Shown here in pieces: positions 29,761 to 40,482 of a DNA stretch of 64,000 bases. This DNA comes from an uncultured Mailhella sp. (GTDB taxonomy: Bacteria > Desulfobacterota > Desulfovibrionia > Desulfovibrionales > Desulfovibrionaceae): contig NZ_CALUWV010000002.1 in NCBI RefSeq assembly GCF_944324575.1, positions 13,706 to 77,705 of the forward strand, written 5' to 3'. Each line of letters opens with the position of its first letter. Position 1 is the stretch's first letter. The notes under the pieces are model-generated. The model made no database searches. It was not told the origin of the DNA and was given only the letters and a program-made list of their open reading frames with translations. The position numbers and the translations under genes were made by a program.

Positions 29761-31830
29761 CTACGGCTTCTCCTCGTCCTCTCCGCTGACGTAAAGGCGC
29801 TCCTTCAAAGCGCGCACTCTGTCGCGCAGCTCGGCCGCCCGCTCGAACTCGAGTTCCCTTGCCGCAGCGCGCATGGCCTTTTCCAGCTCCTCGATGAGCT
29901 TTGCGATGTCTGCGGGCGTCTGCGGCGTTTCGCTCTCCGCCTTCTGCGTCGCTCTTCCTTTTTTCCCGGTCGTGCCCGAAGCCTTGCCGCGCCCCTTTTT
30001 CGTCGCGCCATCCTCATCCTTGCCGTACAGATTGTCCAGAGGATTTTCCAGAGACTTCATGATGGTGCGTGGCACGATGCCGTGTTCCTCGTTGTAGGCA
30101 ATCTGCTTGGCGCGACGACGTCCGGTTTCGTCCATTGCTGCCTGCATGGAAGGCGTCACGCGGTCGGCATACAGAATGACGCGGCCTTCCGCATTTCTGG
30201 CAGCGCGCCCGAAGGTCTGAATGAGCGCGCCCGTGGAACGGAGGAAACCTTCCTTGTCGGCATCGAGAATGGCCACAAGCGACACTTCCGGAATGTCGAG
30301 CCCTTCGCGCAGAAGGTTGATGCCGATGAGAACGTCGAACTCTCCGGCGCGCAGCGCCCGGATGATGGCGATGCGCTCAAGGGTGTCGATGTCCGAATGA
30401 AGGTAGCGCGAAGAGACTCCCATGTTGTTGAAATACTCGGTGAGATCCTCGGCCATGCGCTTGGTGAGCGTGGTCACGAGCACGCGCTCGCCCTTTGCGG
30501 CACGCGCCTTGCACTCGCCGAGCAGATCGTCCATCTGTCCCTTCACCGGACGGATTTCCACGGGCGGATCCAGAAGGCCCGTGGGACGGATGACCTGCTC
30601 GACCACGAGTCCCGCGCTTCGGTCCAGTTCCCACCGTCCGGGTGTGGCGGAAACAAAAATGCTCTGTCCTATGCGCTGCTCGAACTCGGCAAACTGCAGC
30701 GGACGGTTGTCCAGCGCCGAGGGCAGGCGGAAGCCATAGTCCACCAGCGTGGTCTTGCGGGAGCGGTCGCCCTTGAACATGGCCCCTACCTGGGGAATGC
30801 TCATGTGCGACTCGTCCACGAAGAGCAGAAAGTCCTTCGGAAAATAGTCAAGCAGCGTGGACGGCGGCTCTCCCTGAGAGCGGCCGTCGAGATGTCGGGA
30901 ATAGTTTTCAATGCCGTTGCAGTAGCCAAGCTCCTCCATCATCTCGAGATCAAGCTGAGTGCGCTGTTCCAGCCTCTGGGCCTCAAGGAGCTTTCCGCCT
31001 TCCTGAAACTGCACGAGCCGCTCACGCAGCTCGTCCCGTATGTCGCCCATGGCGCGCACCAGGTTGTCCCTGTCGGAAACGTAATGACTCGCGGGATAGA
31101 TGACGGTCTTGGAAATGCGTCCGAGCACTTCGCCGGTAAGCGGATCAATCTCGCGTATGCCGTCGATCTCATCACCGAAGAATTCTATGTGAAGGGCTTT
31201 TTCGTCCTCATATGCGGGAATGATCTCAAGAACATCGCCCCTCACGCGGAAGGTACCGCGATGAAAGTCGTAGTCATTGCGCGTATACTGAATGTCCACA
31301 AGACGCCCTATGATGCTCTCCATGGACACGGCCTGCCCCTCTTCCACGGGAATGATGAGCCTTGCGTAATACTCCGGGGAGCCGAGGCCGTAAATGCACG
31401 ACACCGACGCAACGATGATGACGTCGCGCCTTGTCAGCAGCGCATGCGTGGCGGCATGACGCAGCTTGTCGATGTTGTCGTTGATGGCCGAGTCCTTCTC
31501 TATGTAGGTATCGGAAGAAGGCACATAGGCTTCCGGCTGATAATAGTCGTAATAGGAAACGAAGTATTCCACTGCGTTTTTGGGGAACAGCGCGCGGAAT
31601 TCGCCGTAGAGCTGCGCGGCGAGCGTCTTGTTGTGGGCAAGAATGAGCGCCGGACGATTGGTCCGGGCAATGACGTTGGCCATGGTGAAGGTCTTGCCCG
31701 AGCCCGTGACGCCAAGGAGCACCTGATCGCGAATGCCCGCGTTCAGATTGGAGACCAGTTCATCAATGGCGGAGGGCTGATCCCCGGTGGGCACAAAAGA
31801 GGAATGGAGCTGAAAAAGCTGTTCGGACAT
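29761..31830 (-). CDS. uvrB: Excinuclease ABC subunit B
   Basis: [41 protein letters not shown] and a C-terminal UVR domain. Confidence 0.98.
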   Translation of the reverse strand: MSEQLFQLHSSFVPTGDQPSAIDELVSNLNAGIRDQVLLGVTGSGKTFTMANVIARTNRPALILAHNKTLAAQLYGEFRALFPKNAVEYFVSYYDYYQPEAYVPSSDTYIEKDSAINDNIDKLRHAATHALLTRRDVIIVASVSCIYGLGSPEYYARLIIPVEEGQAVSMESIIGRLVDIQYTRNDYDFHRGTFRVRGDVLEIIPAYEDEKALHIEFFGDEIDGIREIDPLTGEVLGRISKTVIYPASHYVSDRDNLVRAMGDIRDELRERLVQFQEGGKLLEAQRLEQRTQLDLEMMEELGYCNGIENYSRHLDGRSQGEPPSTLLDYFPKDFLLFVDESHMSIPQVGAMFKGDRSRKTTLVDYGFRLPSALDNRPLQFAEFEQRIGQSIFVSATPGRWELDRSAGLVVEQVIRPTGLLDPPVEIRPVKGQMDDLLGECKARAAKGERVLVTTLTKRMAEDLTEYFNNMGVSSRYLHSDIDTLERIAIIRALRAGEFDVLIGINLLREGLDIPEVSLVAILDADKEGFLRSTGALIQTFGRAARNAEGRVILYADRVTPSMQAAMDETGRRRAKQIAYNEEHGIVPRTIMKSLENPLDNLYGKDEDGATKKGRGKASGTTGKKGRATQKAESETPQTPADIAKLIEELEKAMRAAARELEFERAAELRDRVRALKERLYVSGEDEEKP

Positions 31831-32116
31831 GACCATGACTCGCTGTACAGGAAGAAAAAGAAGCGGGTCCGGATGACATTCCTTCCCGCGCGAGGCACAT
31901 TCTGCCTTAACAGGGGATTTTTTCAAGAGGAAGCATACCACGCCGCAAGAGGCTGAAAACGTCGGATGACGCGACGCGTCCCGGCCTCTTCTCACGACGC
32001 AGAACACCGGCGGCAGCACGGCAACCACCCCGACTCCGAAGAGAACACAGCCTACTCAAAGGCCCGCACCACCTGTCCCCGCCCCGGTCCGGCCTGGCCG
32101 CCCTCTTCCGAAGCTC

Positions 32117-32641
32117 CTAAGCGCTTTGTTTCAAAAACGTCCCCGTCAGCTCCGCTCCGCGCGACGCGTTCAGAGAAAAGGCTTTCCTGACAGCCTCCTC
32201 CGCTGCTCTGAAATCCTGCCGGTTCGGATGCCTTGCCGCTTCGGCAAGCCGGGCCATGCGTTCCGGCGTGCGCGGATGCGTGCTTCTCGCGAGTACCTCG
32301 GGATCAAGTCTGCCCTGACAGAAAAAATGCCCGAGCACACGGCAGTTTCCGCGGAAAAGAAGCTCCTCGGCCAGAAGCGCGCAACGCTCGGCATGGGAAG
32401 AATCGGGAAAGGCGGCCATGGTGCCGAAGAAAAACACGCTTTTATGGCAAAGGCGCCCCATGAAGGCGCGCATGGCCTCGTCGGGCCCGCCTCTCCATGT
32501 CCAGAATCCGAGAATGAAACGCTCAAAACCAAGCGGAGCCTCATCCACGGCATATATGGGGAAGCCGAAGCAGTCGGCCAGATAAGCTCCTACGGCACGG
32601 GTATTGCCCGTGCGGGAAGAATACACGATGCAGGTATGCAT
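32117..32641 (-). CDS. Flavodoxin family protein
   Basis: IVYSSRTGNT, LGFWTWRG, FFGT, FFCQG and HP...D motifs. Confidence 0.85.
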   Translation of the reverse strand: MHTCIVYSSRTGNTRAVGAYLADCFGFPIYAVDEAPLGFERFILGFWTWRGGPDEAMRAFMGRLCHKSVFFFGTMAAFPDSSHAERCALLAEELLFRGNCRVLGHFFCQGRLDPEVLARSTHPRTPERMARLAEAARHPNRQDFRAAEEAVRKAFSLNASRGAELTGTFLKQSA

Positions 32642-32642
32642 A

Positions 32643-33335
32643 TCAGTTTTCCAGAAGACAACGGCGAAGGGCCTCTTCGTCTTCAATGACGATAGTCCGG
32701 CGCTCGAGACGTATGAGCCCTTCCTGCACGAAGCGGCTGAGCTGTCGGCTGAGGCTCTCGCGGGAAAGTCCGAGCAGGCCGGCCAGCACCTCGCGCGTCA
32801 TGACGTCGTCAAGCACGCGGGATCTTTCCACGCGGGCTTTATGAAGAAGCCAGCCCGCCACGCGACGGCGCACGGAAATCTTGCCCTGAGAGACGGCAAT
32901 TTTGTTGATGAACATTCGCTGACGCATGGCAAGCGCCAGCATGACACGTTGCGCAAGACCGATGTTTTCGGAAAGAAGTGTGCGAAACACCCTGTTTTCC
33001 ATGGAAAGCACCGAACACGGCGTAAGGGCCCTGGCTGAAAGAAAGGCAGCTCCTTTGCCGAAAACCCCGTAAAGATCGAGAAAATGACCGGCCCTCACCA
33101 CGTGGAGCACGGTGTTCTTGCCAGACATGGACCCTTTCAGAAGTTCCACGTGCCCGGACACGAGCCAGAAGGTAACGGATGCGCCGTCTCCTTCCACGCA
33201 TATCCATTCTCCCTTGGAAAACGAGCAGAGCCGCGTGACCGTCGCGAGTCTTTCCACGTCCTGAGCGCCGAGCTCCGGAAAGCTCGTGCGCAAATATTCC
33301 TGCACGTCTCGGAAAGATTCTCCAGATTCCGTCAT
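32643..33335 (-). CDS. Crp/Fnr family transcriptional regulator
   Basis: cNMP-binding-type domain and C-terminal HTH TREVLAGLLGLSRESLSRQLSRF. Confidence 0.9.
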   Translation of the reverse strand: MTESGESFRDVQEYLRTSFPELGAQDVERLATVTRLCSFSKGEWICVEGDGASVTFWLVSGHVELLKGSMSGKNTVLHVVRAGHFLDLYGVFGKGAAFLSARALTPCSVLSMENRVFRTLLSENIGLAQRVMLALAMRQRMFINKIAVSQGKISVRRRVAGWLLHKARVERSRVLDDVMTREVLAGLLGLSRESLSRQLSRFVQEGLIRLERRTIVIEDEEALRRCLLEN

Positions 33336-33722
33336 GGCCCGCTCCTGAAAAGAGAATGAAGTCCCTGTGAAAAACGCCCCGGTATGATCGGACAGCCCCG
33401 CATTCGTGCCGGACAAGAACGGCATGAACGAGACTGAAGCCGTGCCCGTCCGACCGGACTGAACTGTCCGAACAGCAAGGAATCCGCGTTCATGCAAAAC
33501 CGAAGCCCGGCGTCGTATCCGCCGGTCTCACCTGCGTACTCTAACGGAAATCTTCCTCTCCAGCCATGACCGCAGTCACATTCCGGAAAGCTGCACACAA
33601 GCTCCACAGCCAGCCCCTGCCGCCGAGTCCGGACAGTCGACGGGGCGTTTCTCTCTGTCGACATGAGGCCGAAGGCTCGAGCGCAGAAACGGCTTTTCTC
33701 AGCGCACGTGACAGTTAAAAAT

Positions 33723-33772
33723 AAAACACCGAAAGGGAGAAAGCAAAAAACCTTCTCCCTTTCGGTGTTTTT
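33723..33772 (-). terminator. Intrinsic terminator after rpsT
   Basis: aaaacaccgaaagggagaa...ttctccctttcggtgtttt 19-bp inverted repeat. Confidence 0.85.
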
Positions 33773-33788
33773 CTGAAAAAGAAAAAAC

Positions 33789-34055
33789 TTAGGCGTCGAG
33801 AGCGTTGACGGCCTTGGCAAGGCGGGAAACCTTGCGGGAAGCGTTCTTCCAGTGAATCACGCCCTTGCCGGCGATCTTGGAAACAGTGGAAGTAGCGGTC
33901 TTCAGAGCTTCTTCAGCGGCGACCTTGTCCTTCTTCTGAATAGCGGCGCGCACGGCCTTCACCACGTTCTTGATGCGGGTACGGGCGGCGCGGTTGCGGG
34001 CGTTGCGCTTGACACTCTGCTTTTGGCGCTTGATGGCGGAAGCATGATTGGCCAC
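33789..34055 (-). CDS. rpsT: 30S ribosomal protein S20
   Basis: GTG start; [12 protein letters not shown]...[15 protein letters not shown]. Confidence 0.97.
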   Translation of the reverse strand: MANHASAIKRQKQSVKRNARNRAARTRIKNVVKAVRAAIQKKDKVAAEEALKTATSTVSKIAGKGVIHWKNASRKVSRLAKAVNALDA

Positions 34056-34190
34056 GGGAATCCTCCAGAATGATGCCCCCATGAGGGGTGTGATGCGATA
34101 CGATGTCGGGCGGCAGGACGCCGCCCGTTATTGCCAGAACGACTATTTTTATGCGCCTTGGCGTTTTCTGTCAAGAGGGCGTCTGCTCTC

Positions 34191-36287
34191 CTACATCTGC
34201 AGGGCCGAGAAGTCGGCGAGCCTGCCCATGCGGGAAAGGAGAACCTGCAAAAGATTCAAGCGGTTGGCGCGCACGTCCATATCCTCCGCCATGACCATGA
34301 CGCCGTCGAAGAAGGCATCCACCGCAGGGCGCACGCCTTCCATGAGCGAAAGGAGCTCATCGAAGCGGTCTTCGGCCCACATTTCGTCGAACCGGACAGT
34401 CATGGCATCAAGGGCGTCGGCAAGAGCCTTTTCCGGCTCTTCGGCAAGAAGCTCGCGGCGGTATTCACCCGTCGCCCCCGCGCCCTGCTTGCGCAGAATG
34501 TTGGCCACGCGCTTGAAGGTCTGGGCAGTATCGACAAAGCCGGGCTTTGCGCTTTCGGCCACCATGGCGGCAAGGCGGCGGGAAGCGGCCCACACGTCGC
34601 TGCAGCCTGCGCCCATCACTGCTTCCACGATCAGCGTGTCGTTGCCCTGAGTGAGGAAATAGTTCTTCACGCGACCGGCAAAGAAGTCGCCGAGCTTGGC
34701 CAGAGCTTCAGTCTTTTCCAGCTTCCAGCGGATGTCGTCGCTGTAGAGGGACTGGGCCTTGGCAAAGAGATCCTCCACGCGGATGCGATAGCCCTTTTCA
34801 ATGAGAATACGGGCAATGCCGAGCGCACAGCGACGCAGCGCGAAGGGATCGGCCGCACCTGTGGGAATGTTGCCGAGACCGAAGCAGCCCACCAGCGTGT
34901 CGGCCTTGTCGGCCATGGACAAAAGCGCACCGAGATCGGTGGAAGGCACGGGGGTATCGGGACCGGCAGGCAGATACTGCTCGGCAATGGCATCCGCAGC
35001 CGCAGGATCGAGTCCCATCTTATGGCCGTAGATACCGCCCATGATGCCCTGAAGCGTGTCGAACTCGCCCACCATCTGGGAGACGAGATCGGCCTTGGCG
35101 CAGCGTCCCGCCACGGCGGCGGATTCGGGGTTCACCCCGGCCACCTGGGATACGCCGGGCTGTTCGGCCAGCCAGCGGCACAGCTCGGACAGACGGCGGC
35201 ACTTGTCACCCATGGAGCCGAGAGGTCCGAGGAAGATGACATGATCGAGCTTTTCCTTCCATATCTCGAAGGAAGCCTTCATGTCGGTGTTCCAGTAGAA
35301 CCTCGCGTCTTCCAGACGGGCGCGCAGCACGCGTTCCCAGCCCTTCTTCACCACTTCGGGCTCGCGGGAGCTCAGGTTGGCCACCGTGAGGAAGTACGGC
35401 AGAAGTCTCCCGTCCTCGCTCTCCACGCCGAAGCTCTTCTGATGCGTTTCCATGCTGGTGAGCAGAACGACGGAAGGCAGCTCCAGGAAGGAAGGATCGA
35501 AGCCGCCGAGAATGGGTGCGGGATGCTCGCAGAGTCCCTGCACTTCGTCGAGCAGGCTTTCCTTCCACAGAATGCGGCCGCCCACGCTGCGGGCAAGCTC
35601 ATTGCCGCCCTCCACCACGATTCTGCGGCGTTCGACGCCGGAGAGCGTAACGCCGCACTTTTCGGCCATCACGGCATCGAAGTCGTCGGCACAGGCCACT
35701 TCAAAGGGACCACGGCCGTGCACGCGATGACCGGTGGTCATGCGGCCGGACTGCACGTCGGCCACGGTGAAGGGAATAACCTCGCCGTCCATGAGAGCCA
35801 CCACCCAGCGGAGAGGACGGGCAAAGAGAAAATGGCTCGGGCTCCAGTGCATTCTCTTGGGGAAGGGAAGCGCGGCAATGATGGAGGGCGCGGCTTCGGC
35901 AATGATGGAGGAAGCCGACACGCCGCCCACGCTCTTGCGCACGGCCACGTATTCACCCTTGGGGGTCTGCTCGCGGAACAGTGCGGAAACGTCCACGCCC
36001 TGACCGCGGGCAAAGCCCAGCGCGGCCTTGGTGGGGTTGCCGTCGGCGTCGTAGGCCGCCTTCACGGAAGGACCGAGAGCCACTTCCTCGCGAACGGGGG
36101 TGGAAGAAAGAAGACCGCGGGCGTGCACCACGGCACGGCGGGGCGTGGTGTCCACGGTCAGGGAATCGAAGGTCAGACCGTGCTCCGCAAACAGTGCGGC
36201 AAAACGGTCGTGCAGCTCGCGCTCAAGGGAGGCGAGAAAACGGGCGGGCAGTTCTTCCACGCCGAGTTCAAGAACAAAAAGACTCAT
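34191..36287 (-). CDS. glyS: Glycine-tRNA ligase beta subunit
   Basis: ELGVEELP, FARPLRWVV, KADL..QMVGEF..LQG and PTGAADPFALRR motifs. Confidence 0.97.
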   Translation of the reverse strand: MSLFVLELGVEELPARFLASLERELHDRFAALFAEHGLTFDSLTVDTTPRRAVVHARGLLSSTPVREEVALGPSVKAAYDADGNPTKAALGFARGQGVDVSALFREQTPKGEYVAVRKSVGGVSASSIIAEAAPSIIAALPFPKRMHWSPSHFLFARPLRWVVALMDGEVIPFTVADVQSGRMTTGHRVHGRGPFEVACADDFDAVMAEKCGVTLSGVERRRIVVEGGNELARSVGGRILWKESLLDEVQGLCEHPAPILGGFDPSFLELPSVVLLTSMETHQKSFGVESEDGRLLPYFLTVANLSSREPEVVKKGWERVLRARLEDARFYWNTDMKASFEIWKEKLDHVIFLGPLGSMGDKCRRLSELCRWLAEQPGVSQVAGVNPESAAVAGRCAKADLVSQMVGEFDTLQGIMGGIYGHKMGLDPAAADAIAEQYLPAGPDTPVPSTDLGALLSMADKADTLVGCFGLGNIPTGAADPFALRRCALGIARILIEKGYRIRVEDLFAKAQSLYSDDIRWKLEKTEALAKLGDFFAGRVKNYFLTQGNDTLIVEAVMGAGCSDVWAASRRLAAMVAESAKPGFVDTAQTFKRVANILRKQGAGATGEYRRELLAEEPEKALADALDAMTVRFDEMWAEDRFDELLSLMEGVRPAVDAFFDGVMVMAEDMDVRANRLNLLQVLLSRMGRLADFSALQM

Positions 36288-36290
36288 GGC

Positions 36291-37163
36291 TTACCCCTTC
36301 TTCAGCATGGGATAACCCATGGCTTCGCGCTGGGCGGCATAAAGATGGGCCACGCCGGAAGCCAGCGTGCGCACGCGGGCGATGTACCCGGCGCGTTCCG
36401 TGATGGAAATGGCTCCGCGGGCATCCAGCAGGTTGAACGTATGGGAACACTTCAGGCAGTAGTCGTAGGCGGGCAGCGGGAGCTTCACGTCGATAAGGCG
36501 CAGGCATTCCTTTTCGTAGTCGTTGAAATGCTGCAGCAGCATGGCCGCGTCGCTCTGATCGAAGTTGTAGCAGGACTGCTCGTATTCGTTCTGATGATAC
36601 ACGTCGCCGTAGGTGATGGAGTCGTTCCACTTGATGTCGTACACGGACTCCACGCCCTGCAGGTACATGGTCAGACGCTCAAGACCATAGGTGAGCTCCA
36701 CGCTGGCGGGAGAAAGGTCTATGCCGCCAACCTGCTGGAAATAGGTGAACTGCGACACTTCCATGCCGTTCAGCCACACTTCCCAGCCGAGACCCCACGC
36801 GCCGAGGGTGGGAGATTCCCAGTCGTCTTCCACAAAGCGGATGTCATGCACGGCCGGGTCGATGCCGAGGGCCTTCAGGCTGTCGAGGTACAGCTGCTGA
36901 GGATCGGCCGGCGCGGGCTTCATGATGACCTGGAACTGAAAATAATGCTGCAGACGGTTGGGGTTGTCGCCATAGCGGCCGTCGGTGGGACGACGCGAAG
37001 GCTCCACGTAGGCGGCCTTCCAGGGCTCGGGTCCGATAACGCGCAGGAACGTGGAGGGGTTGAACGTGCCCGCACCGCATTCCAGATCCACCGGCTGCAC
37101 CACGGCGCAGCCCTGTCTGGCCCAGTAATCCTGCAAGGTCAGAATAACATCCTGAAAATTCAT
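36291..37163 (-). CDS. glyQ: Glycine-tRNA ligase alpha subunit
   Basis: [27 protein letters not shown] and WGLGWEVW motifs. Confidence 0.98.
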   Translation of the reverse strand: MNFQDVILTLQDYWARQGCAVVQPVDLECGAGTFNPSTFLRVIGPEPWKAAYVEPSRRPTDGRYGDNPNRLQHYFQFQVIMKPAPADPQQLYLDSLKALGIDPAVHDIRFVEDDWESPTLGAWGLGWEVWLNGMEVSQFTYFQQVGGIDLSPASVELTYGLERLTMYLQGVESVYDIKWNDSITYGDVYHQNEYEQSCYNFDQSDAAMLLQHFNDYEKECLRLIDVKLPLPAYDYCLKCSHTFNLLDARGAISITERAGYIARVRTLASGVAHLYAAQREAMGYPMLKKG

Positions 37164-37259
37164 GTAGTTCTCCTGAAGTTCGCCAATGGAGCCATTGGCC
37201 TTGCTTCCCATGCGCGAAGCGCACGGAAAAACGTCTCCCTGTCCGCCCGCGCCGCGCCG

Positions 37260-38009
37260 CTAAATGGACCTGAACCGGCCGTTGCCCCATTCAAGCCCGA
37301 GATGATATCGCACAAAAGCGTCGATAAGGCGCGCGGCCTGCCTTGCGCCTTCCGGCGAAGGGTGCAGCCTGCCCCATGACTCCGGTGAGTATTCCTTCAC
37401 TTTTCCCAGTACGTCAAGAGCTTCCTGCTCAAGAGAGAGACTCATGTCGCCTGAACGACGGCACGAGGCGCAGCACACCTCGCCTTCCCCCACCAGAAAA
37501 TGTACCTTATGCTCTCCGGCGAGAAGACGGCCGCAGCGCGCACAAAACGAAAGTTCCGGCGCGTAGCCCTGCTCTGAGGCCAGACGAAAGCGAAACAGCA
37601 CCGGCATGACCGCCGGCACATCCTCTTCTCTTTCCAGAAGCTCCAGCATGCCCCGCATGAGCAGAAAGCTCGCCCCCGCATTGTCCGGCGGCACGCCCAT
37701 GGCCTCAAGAAAACGCACGCAGTTGGCGGCCATGCCCTGCCTGCGCCAGTTGCGGCGCAGTCTGTCGGGCCCGGCCAGAAGCGTGGCCTCGCTCAGGTTG
37801 AGAAAACGCCCGTCCCGGGAATACGCAGCGCTTACCCGAAGCTCGTTGAACGCGTCGAGGCAGCCGGTGAAACGTCTGCGACTCCGACTTCCACCGAAGG
37901 CGAAGGCCGTAAGCAGTCCCTTTTCACGCGCCAGAAGACGTACCCACAGATCCGCCTCCCTGAACTTTCCGACGCGAAGCACCAGAGCGTCGTCCGACCA
38001 CTGCTGCAT
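37260..38009 (-). CDS. recO: DNA repair protein RecO
   Basis: FREADLWV, GGSRSRRRF and zinc-binding CARCG...CASC; sits upstream of glyQ. Confidence 0.92.
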   Translation of the reverse strand: MQQWSDDALVLRVGKFREADLWVRLLAREKGLLTAFAFGGSRSRRRFTGCLDAFNELRVSAAYSRDGRFLNLSEATLLAGPDRLRRNWRRQGMAANCVRFLEAMGVPPDNAGASFLLMRGMLELLEREEDVPAVMPVLFRFRLASEQGYAPELSFCARCGRLLAGEHKVHFLVGEGEVCCASCRRSGDMSLSLEQEALDVLGKVKEYSPESWGRLHPSPEGARQAARLIDAFVRYHLGLEWGNGRFRSI

Positions 38010-38315
38010 GACAAAATTCCGTACCGGACAAGAGGCGAACAGAAAAGCCTCCCCGTCTCCTCCGGCGCATAAGGAAAACGACCGGGACATGACGCCCCGG
38101 CGCGGGTCTTTCAGAGAAAACGGGCTTCGGACGAGTCTGCGGCCCTGCCTTTTCCTGAAAAATTGCGACGCAGAGCGTCGCAATCACGGATTTTCCCGCA
38201 AAAGACTCGAAGCGGCACAAGCGCGTTCCCGGATCCCGGCCTGCGTACAAAGCACACAGACCACAACCTCAGAAACACCGGCCCCTGCGTCTTCCAGAAC
38301 GATTTCTTCCGTCTT

Positions 38316-39257
38316 CTACTCGGCGGGCGGGAAGCTCATGGTCACCACTCTCGGCGAGGTGGAGCGCTCAAGTTCCTTGCCGTCGTACACGACCCGCACG
38401 GCTCTTGCGTTGCCGAGACGGATGACGAGAGAATCACGGAACGACATGGAAAACGTGTCGCCCCTGCGCAGCGTACGCTGCTGCTTCTTGCCGTCCGGTT
38501 CAAAGCCCATCCAGCAGTCGCCCGTGTCGGCAATGACTTCGACCTGATGCATGCCGTCGGGAAGAGCCGCGGGCTGTTCCTCGTCCGCGGGCGCAGCAGA
38601 AGCGGCTGCATCCTGCACGACCTCAGCATCCGCCGGGGATGCGGGAGCGGGCTCCTGCGGCTGCGACACGGCGGCAGAGGGGGCAGAAGCCACGTCCTGC
38701 ACGGCTTCGGACTGCTGCACAGGCTGCTGCACGACGGGAGCCGCCTGCGTTTCGGGAGCCGGAGGAGCAGGAACCGGAGCGGGTGCGGCATTGCCCCAGG
38801 TAGGCATGGCCGAAGAAGGGGCGCTCTCTGCGCCGGACACGGAAGACGGGGCTTCATAATCCCTTGCGGCAAAGAAGTGCAGATAGGCCATGTACGCACC
38901 GCTGGCCAGCGCAAGCACCAGCACTATCTTGAACACGCCTCCGAGAATGACCGGAAGAATGCTCGGCTTCACCGACGTATAGGTGGCGCTTTCCGCAATG
39001 ACCGGATGGGACACGCTTTCAAAGCCCTCGAGACCGCGCAGCCACTCGGTCACATCTTCCTGGGCAAAGCCGAGAAGAAGTGCGTATTCTTTAATGAAAT
39101 GATGAACGTAGACGGTACGGGGAAGCGTATCCGACCCGTTTTCTATCCCCTGAAGTATGCGGGTGGGAATCTTGAGACGGTCGGCAACGTCAGCCACGGT
39201 CATGTCGCGGCCCTCGCGGGCCTCACGGAGCTTAGCTCCCAGTTCTGCCAGAGTCAT
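38316..39257 (-). CDS. RodZ-like HTH protein with a C-terminal DUF4115-type domain
   Basis: LGAKLREARE HTH, one TM helix, Ala/Pro linker and RLGNARAV. Confidence 0.85.
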   Translation of the reverse strand: MTLAELGAKLREAREGRDMTVADVADRLKIPTRILQGIENGSDTLPRTVYVHHFIKEYALLLGFAQEDVTEWLRGLEGFESVSHPVIAESATYTSVKPSILPVILGGVFKIVLVLALASGAYMAYLHFFAARDYEAPSSVSGAESAPSSAMPTWGNAAPAPVPAPPAPETQAAPVVQQPVQQSEAVQDVASAPSAAVSQPQEPAPASPADAEVVQDAAASAAPADEEQPAALPDGMHQVEVIADTGDCWMGFEPDGKKQQRTLRRGDTFSMSFRDSLVIRLGNARAVRVVYDGKELERSTSPRVVTMSFPPAE

Positions 39258-39265
39258 AGCGCGCC

Positions 39266-40207
39266 TCAGTTACGGATGTCGATGAGCGCCTTGTCACGAA
39301 GCTGAGCAGTATACTGCTGAAAACGCTCCTGAAGGCGGGGACGGCGCAGAATCTGTTCGATGCGGCTTGCGGTTTCGGCATCGGGCACGGCATTGCTGTG
39401 ATCCACGCCCTCCGCCTCCTCAAAGTCGAGCAGGGCAATCTGCGCCTTGTTGGCGTTCATGCTGAGAAGAGGAGACACGTCGCCCTTCTTCATGCGCGAA
39501 ACCTGCTCCATCATGCCGGGAGCCATGTCGGAAAGCGCCATGAAGCCGAGATCGCCGCCCTCCTGGGCATTGGGGCCGATGGAAACGGCACGCACGGCAT
39601 CGCGGAAGGAAACCTTGCCGGACGCAATGTCACGCGCCCACTTTTCCGCATCGGCCTCCACGGGATAGATGAGCATGGCCACTCTTGCGCGGCCGGAAGC
39701 GAATCCCGCCATGTTCTTACGATAGTAGTCGTTGATTTCATCTTCCGTAACGACGACCTTGTTCACCACGTTGCGGCTCATGAGCCGCTGCGACACGATC
39801 TGCACGTACAGCCTGTCGCGAAAGACTTTTTCAGAAATGCCTTCCTGGGCAAGCTGCTTGAAGAACACGTCTCGGGAAAGCTGGCTGTCCTTGACGATGC
39901 GGTCAATGGCGGCATCCACGTCGGCGTCTGAGATCTCTATCTTTTCCTTGTCCGCTTCCTGAAGCAGAATTTTATCGTTGATCATCCTGTCGAGGACGGC
40001 CTTGCGGACTTCCGCCACCATCTGAGGATTCTTGGCGGGATCAAGCTTCTGTCCGACAAGTTCGGACTGAAGTTCCCTGTCGAGCTCACGGGCAGTGATC
40101 ATGTCGCCGTTGACGACTGCGGCGATGCGGGAAACGGGCACCGCGAACACCGGCTGTGCGGAAAAAAGGGACGCCGCACAGGCAAGAGATATGAAAAGGG
40201 TACGCAA
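39266..40207 (-). CDS. surA: SurA-like peptidyl-prolyl isomerase/chaperone
   Basis: Signal peptide, IAAVVNGDMIT and GGDLGF; probable TTG start after AGGAG. Confidence 0.85.
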   Translation of the reverse strand: MRTLFISLACAASLFSAQPVFAVPVSRIAAVVNGDMITARELDRELQSELVGQKLDPAKNPQMVAEVRKAVLDRMINDKILLQEADKEKIEISDADVDAAIDRIVKDSQLSRDVFFKQLAQEGISEKVFRDRLYVQIVSQRLMSRNVVNKVVVTEDEINDYYRKNMAGFASGRARVAMLIYPVEADAEKWARDIASGKVSFRDAVRAVSIGPNAQEGGDLGFMALSDMAPGMMEQVSRMKKGDVSPLLSMNANKAQIALLDFEEAEGVDHSNAVPDAETASRIEQILRRPRLQERFQQYTAQLRDKALIDIRN

Positions 40208-40482
40208 AACAGCACACTCCTGATATTTGATAAGATAGTTGTTTATAGCCTGTTTTTTACGCACTGGCAACGTTCGCCCCAGGAGGCTCATGCTGCGGAA
40301 CAACGCCGCCTCCCGTACCATAATAATGTGCGTTCATTGAAAATATTTCACCTTCGTCATAAAAGATTCCGGCGCTCCCGGCCATGCCGCACGTTATTTT
40401 ATCAGACGCCGGAACGTTGAAGCGCCGGGGCAGTTCCGAGGCGTGAAGGGCCCTCCGCAGCGGCAGACAGAAAAAAACGTCA

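Noticed and set aside
33480-33720. Possible cobalamin riboswitch upstream of the Crp/Fnr gene (GAGACCGGC-like 3' segment on the minus strand)
   Set aside because: The conserved GGGAA...GGTG..AATCC and CCCGC.ACTGT core is absent; an Rfam scan would settle it.
38560-38840. Ala/Pro/Gln-rich low-complexity stretch
   Set aside because: It is the normal periplasmic linker of the RodZ-like protein, not a DNA repeat element.
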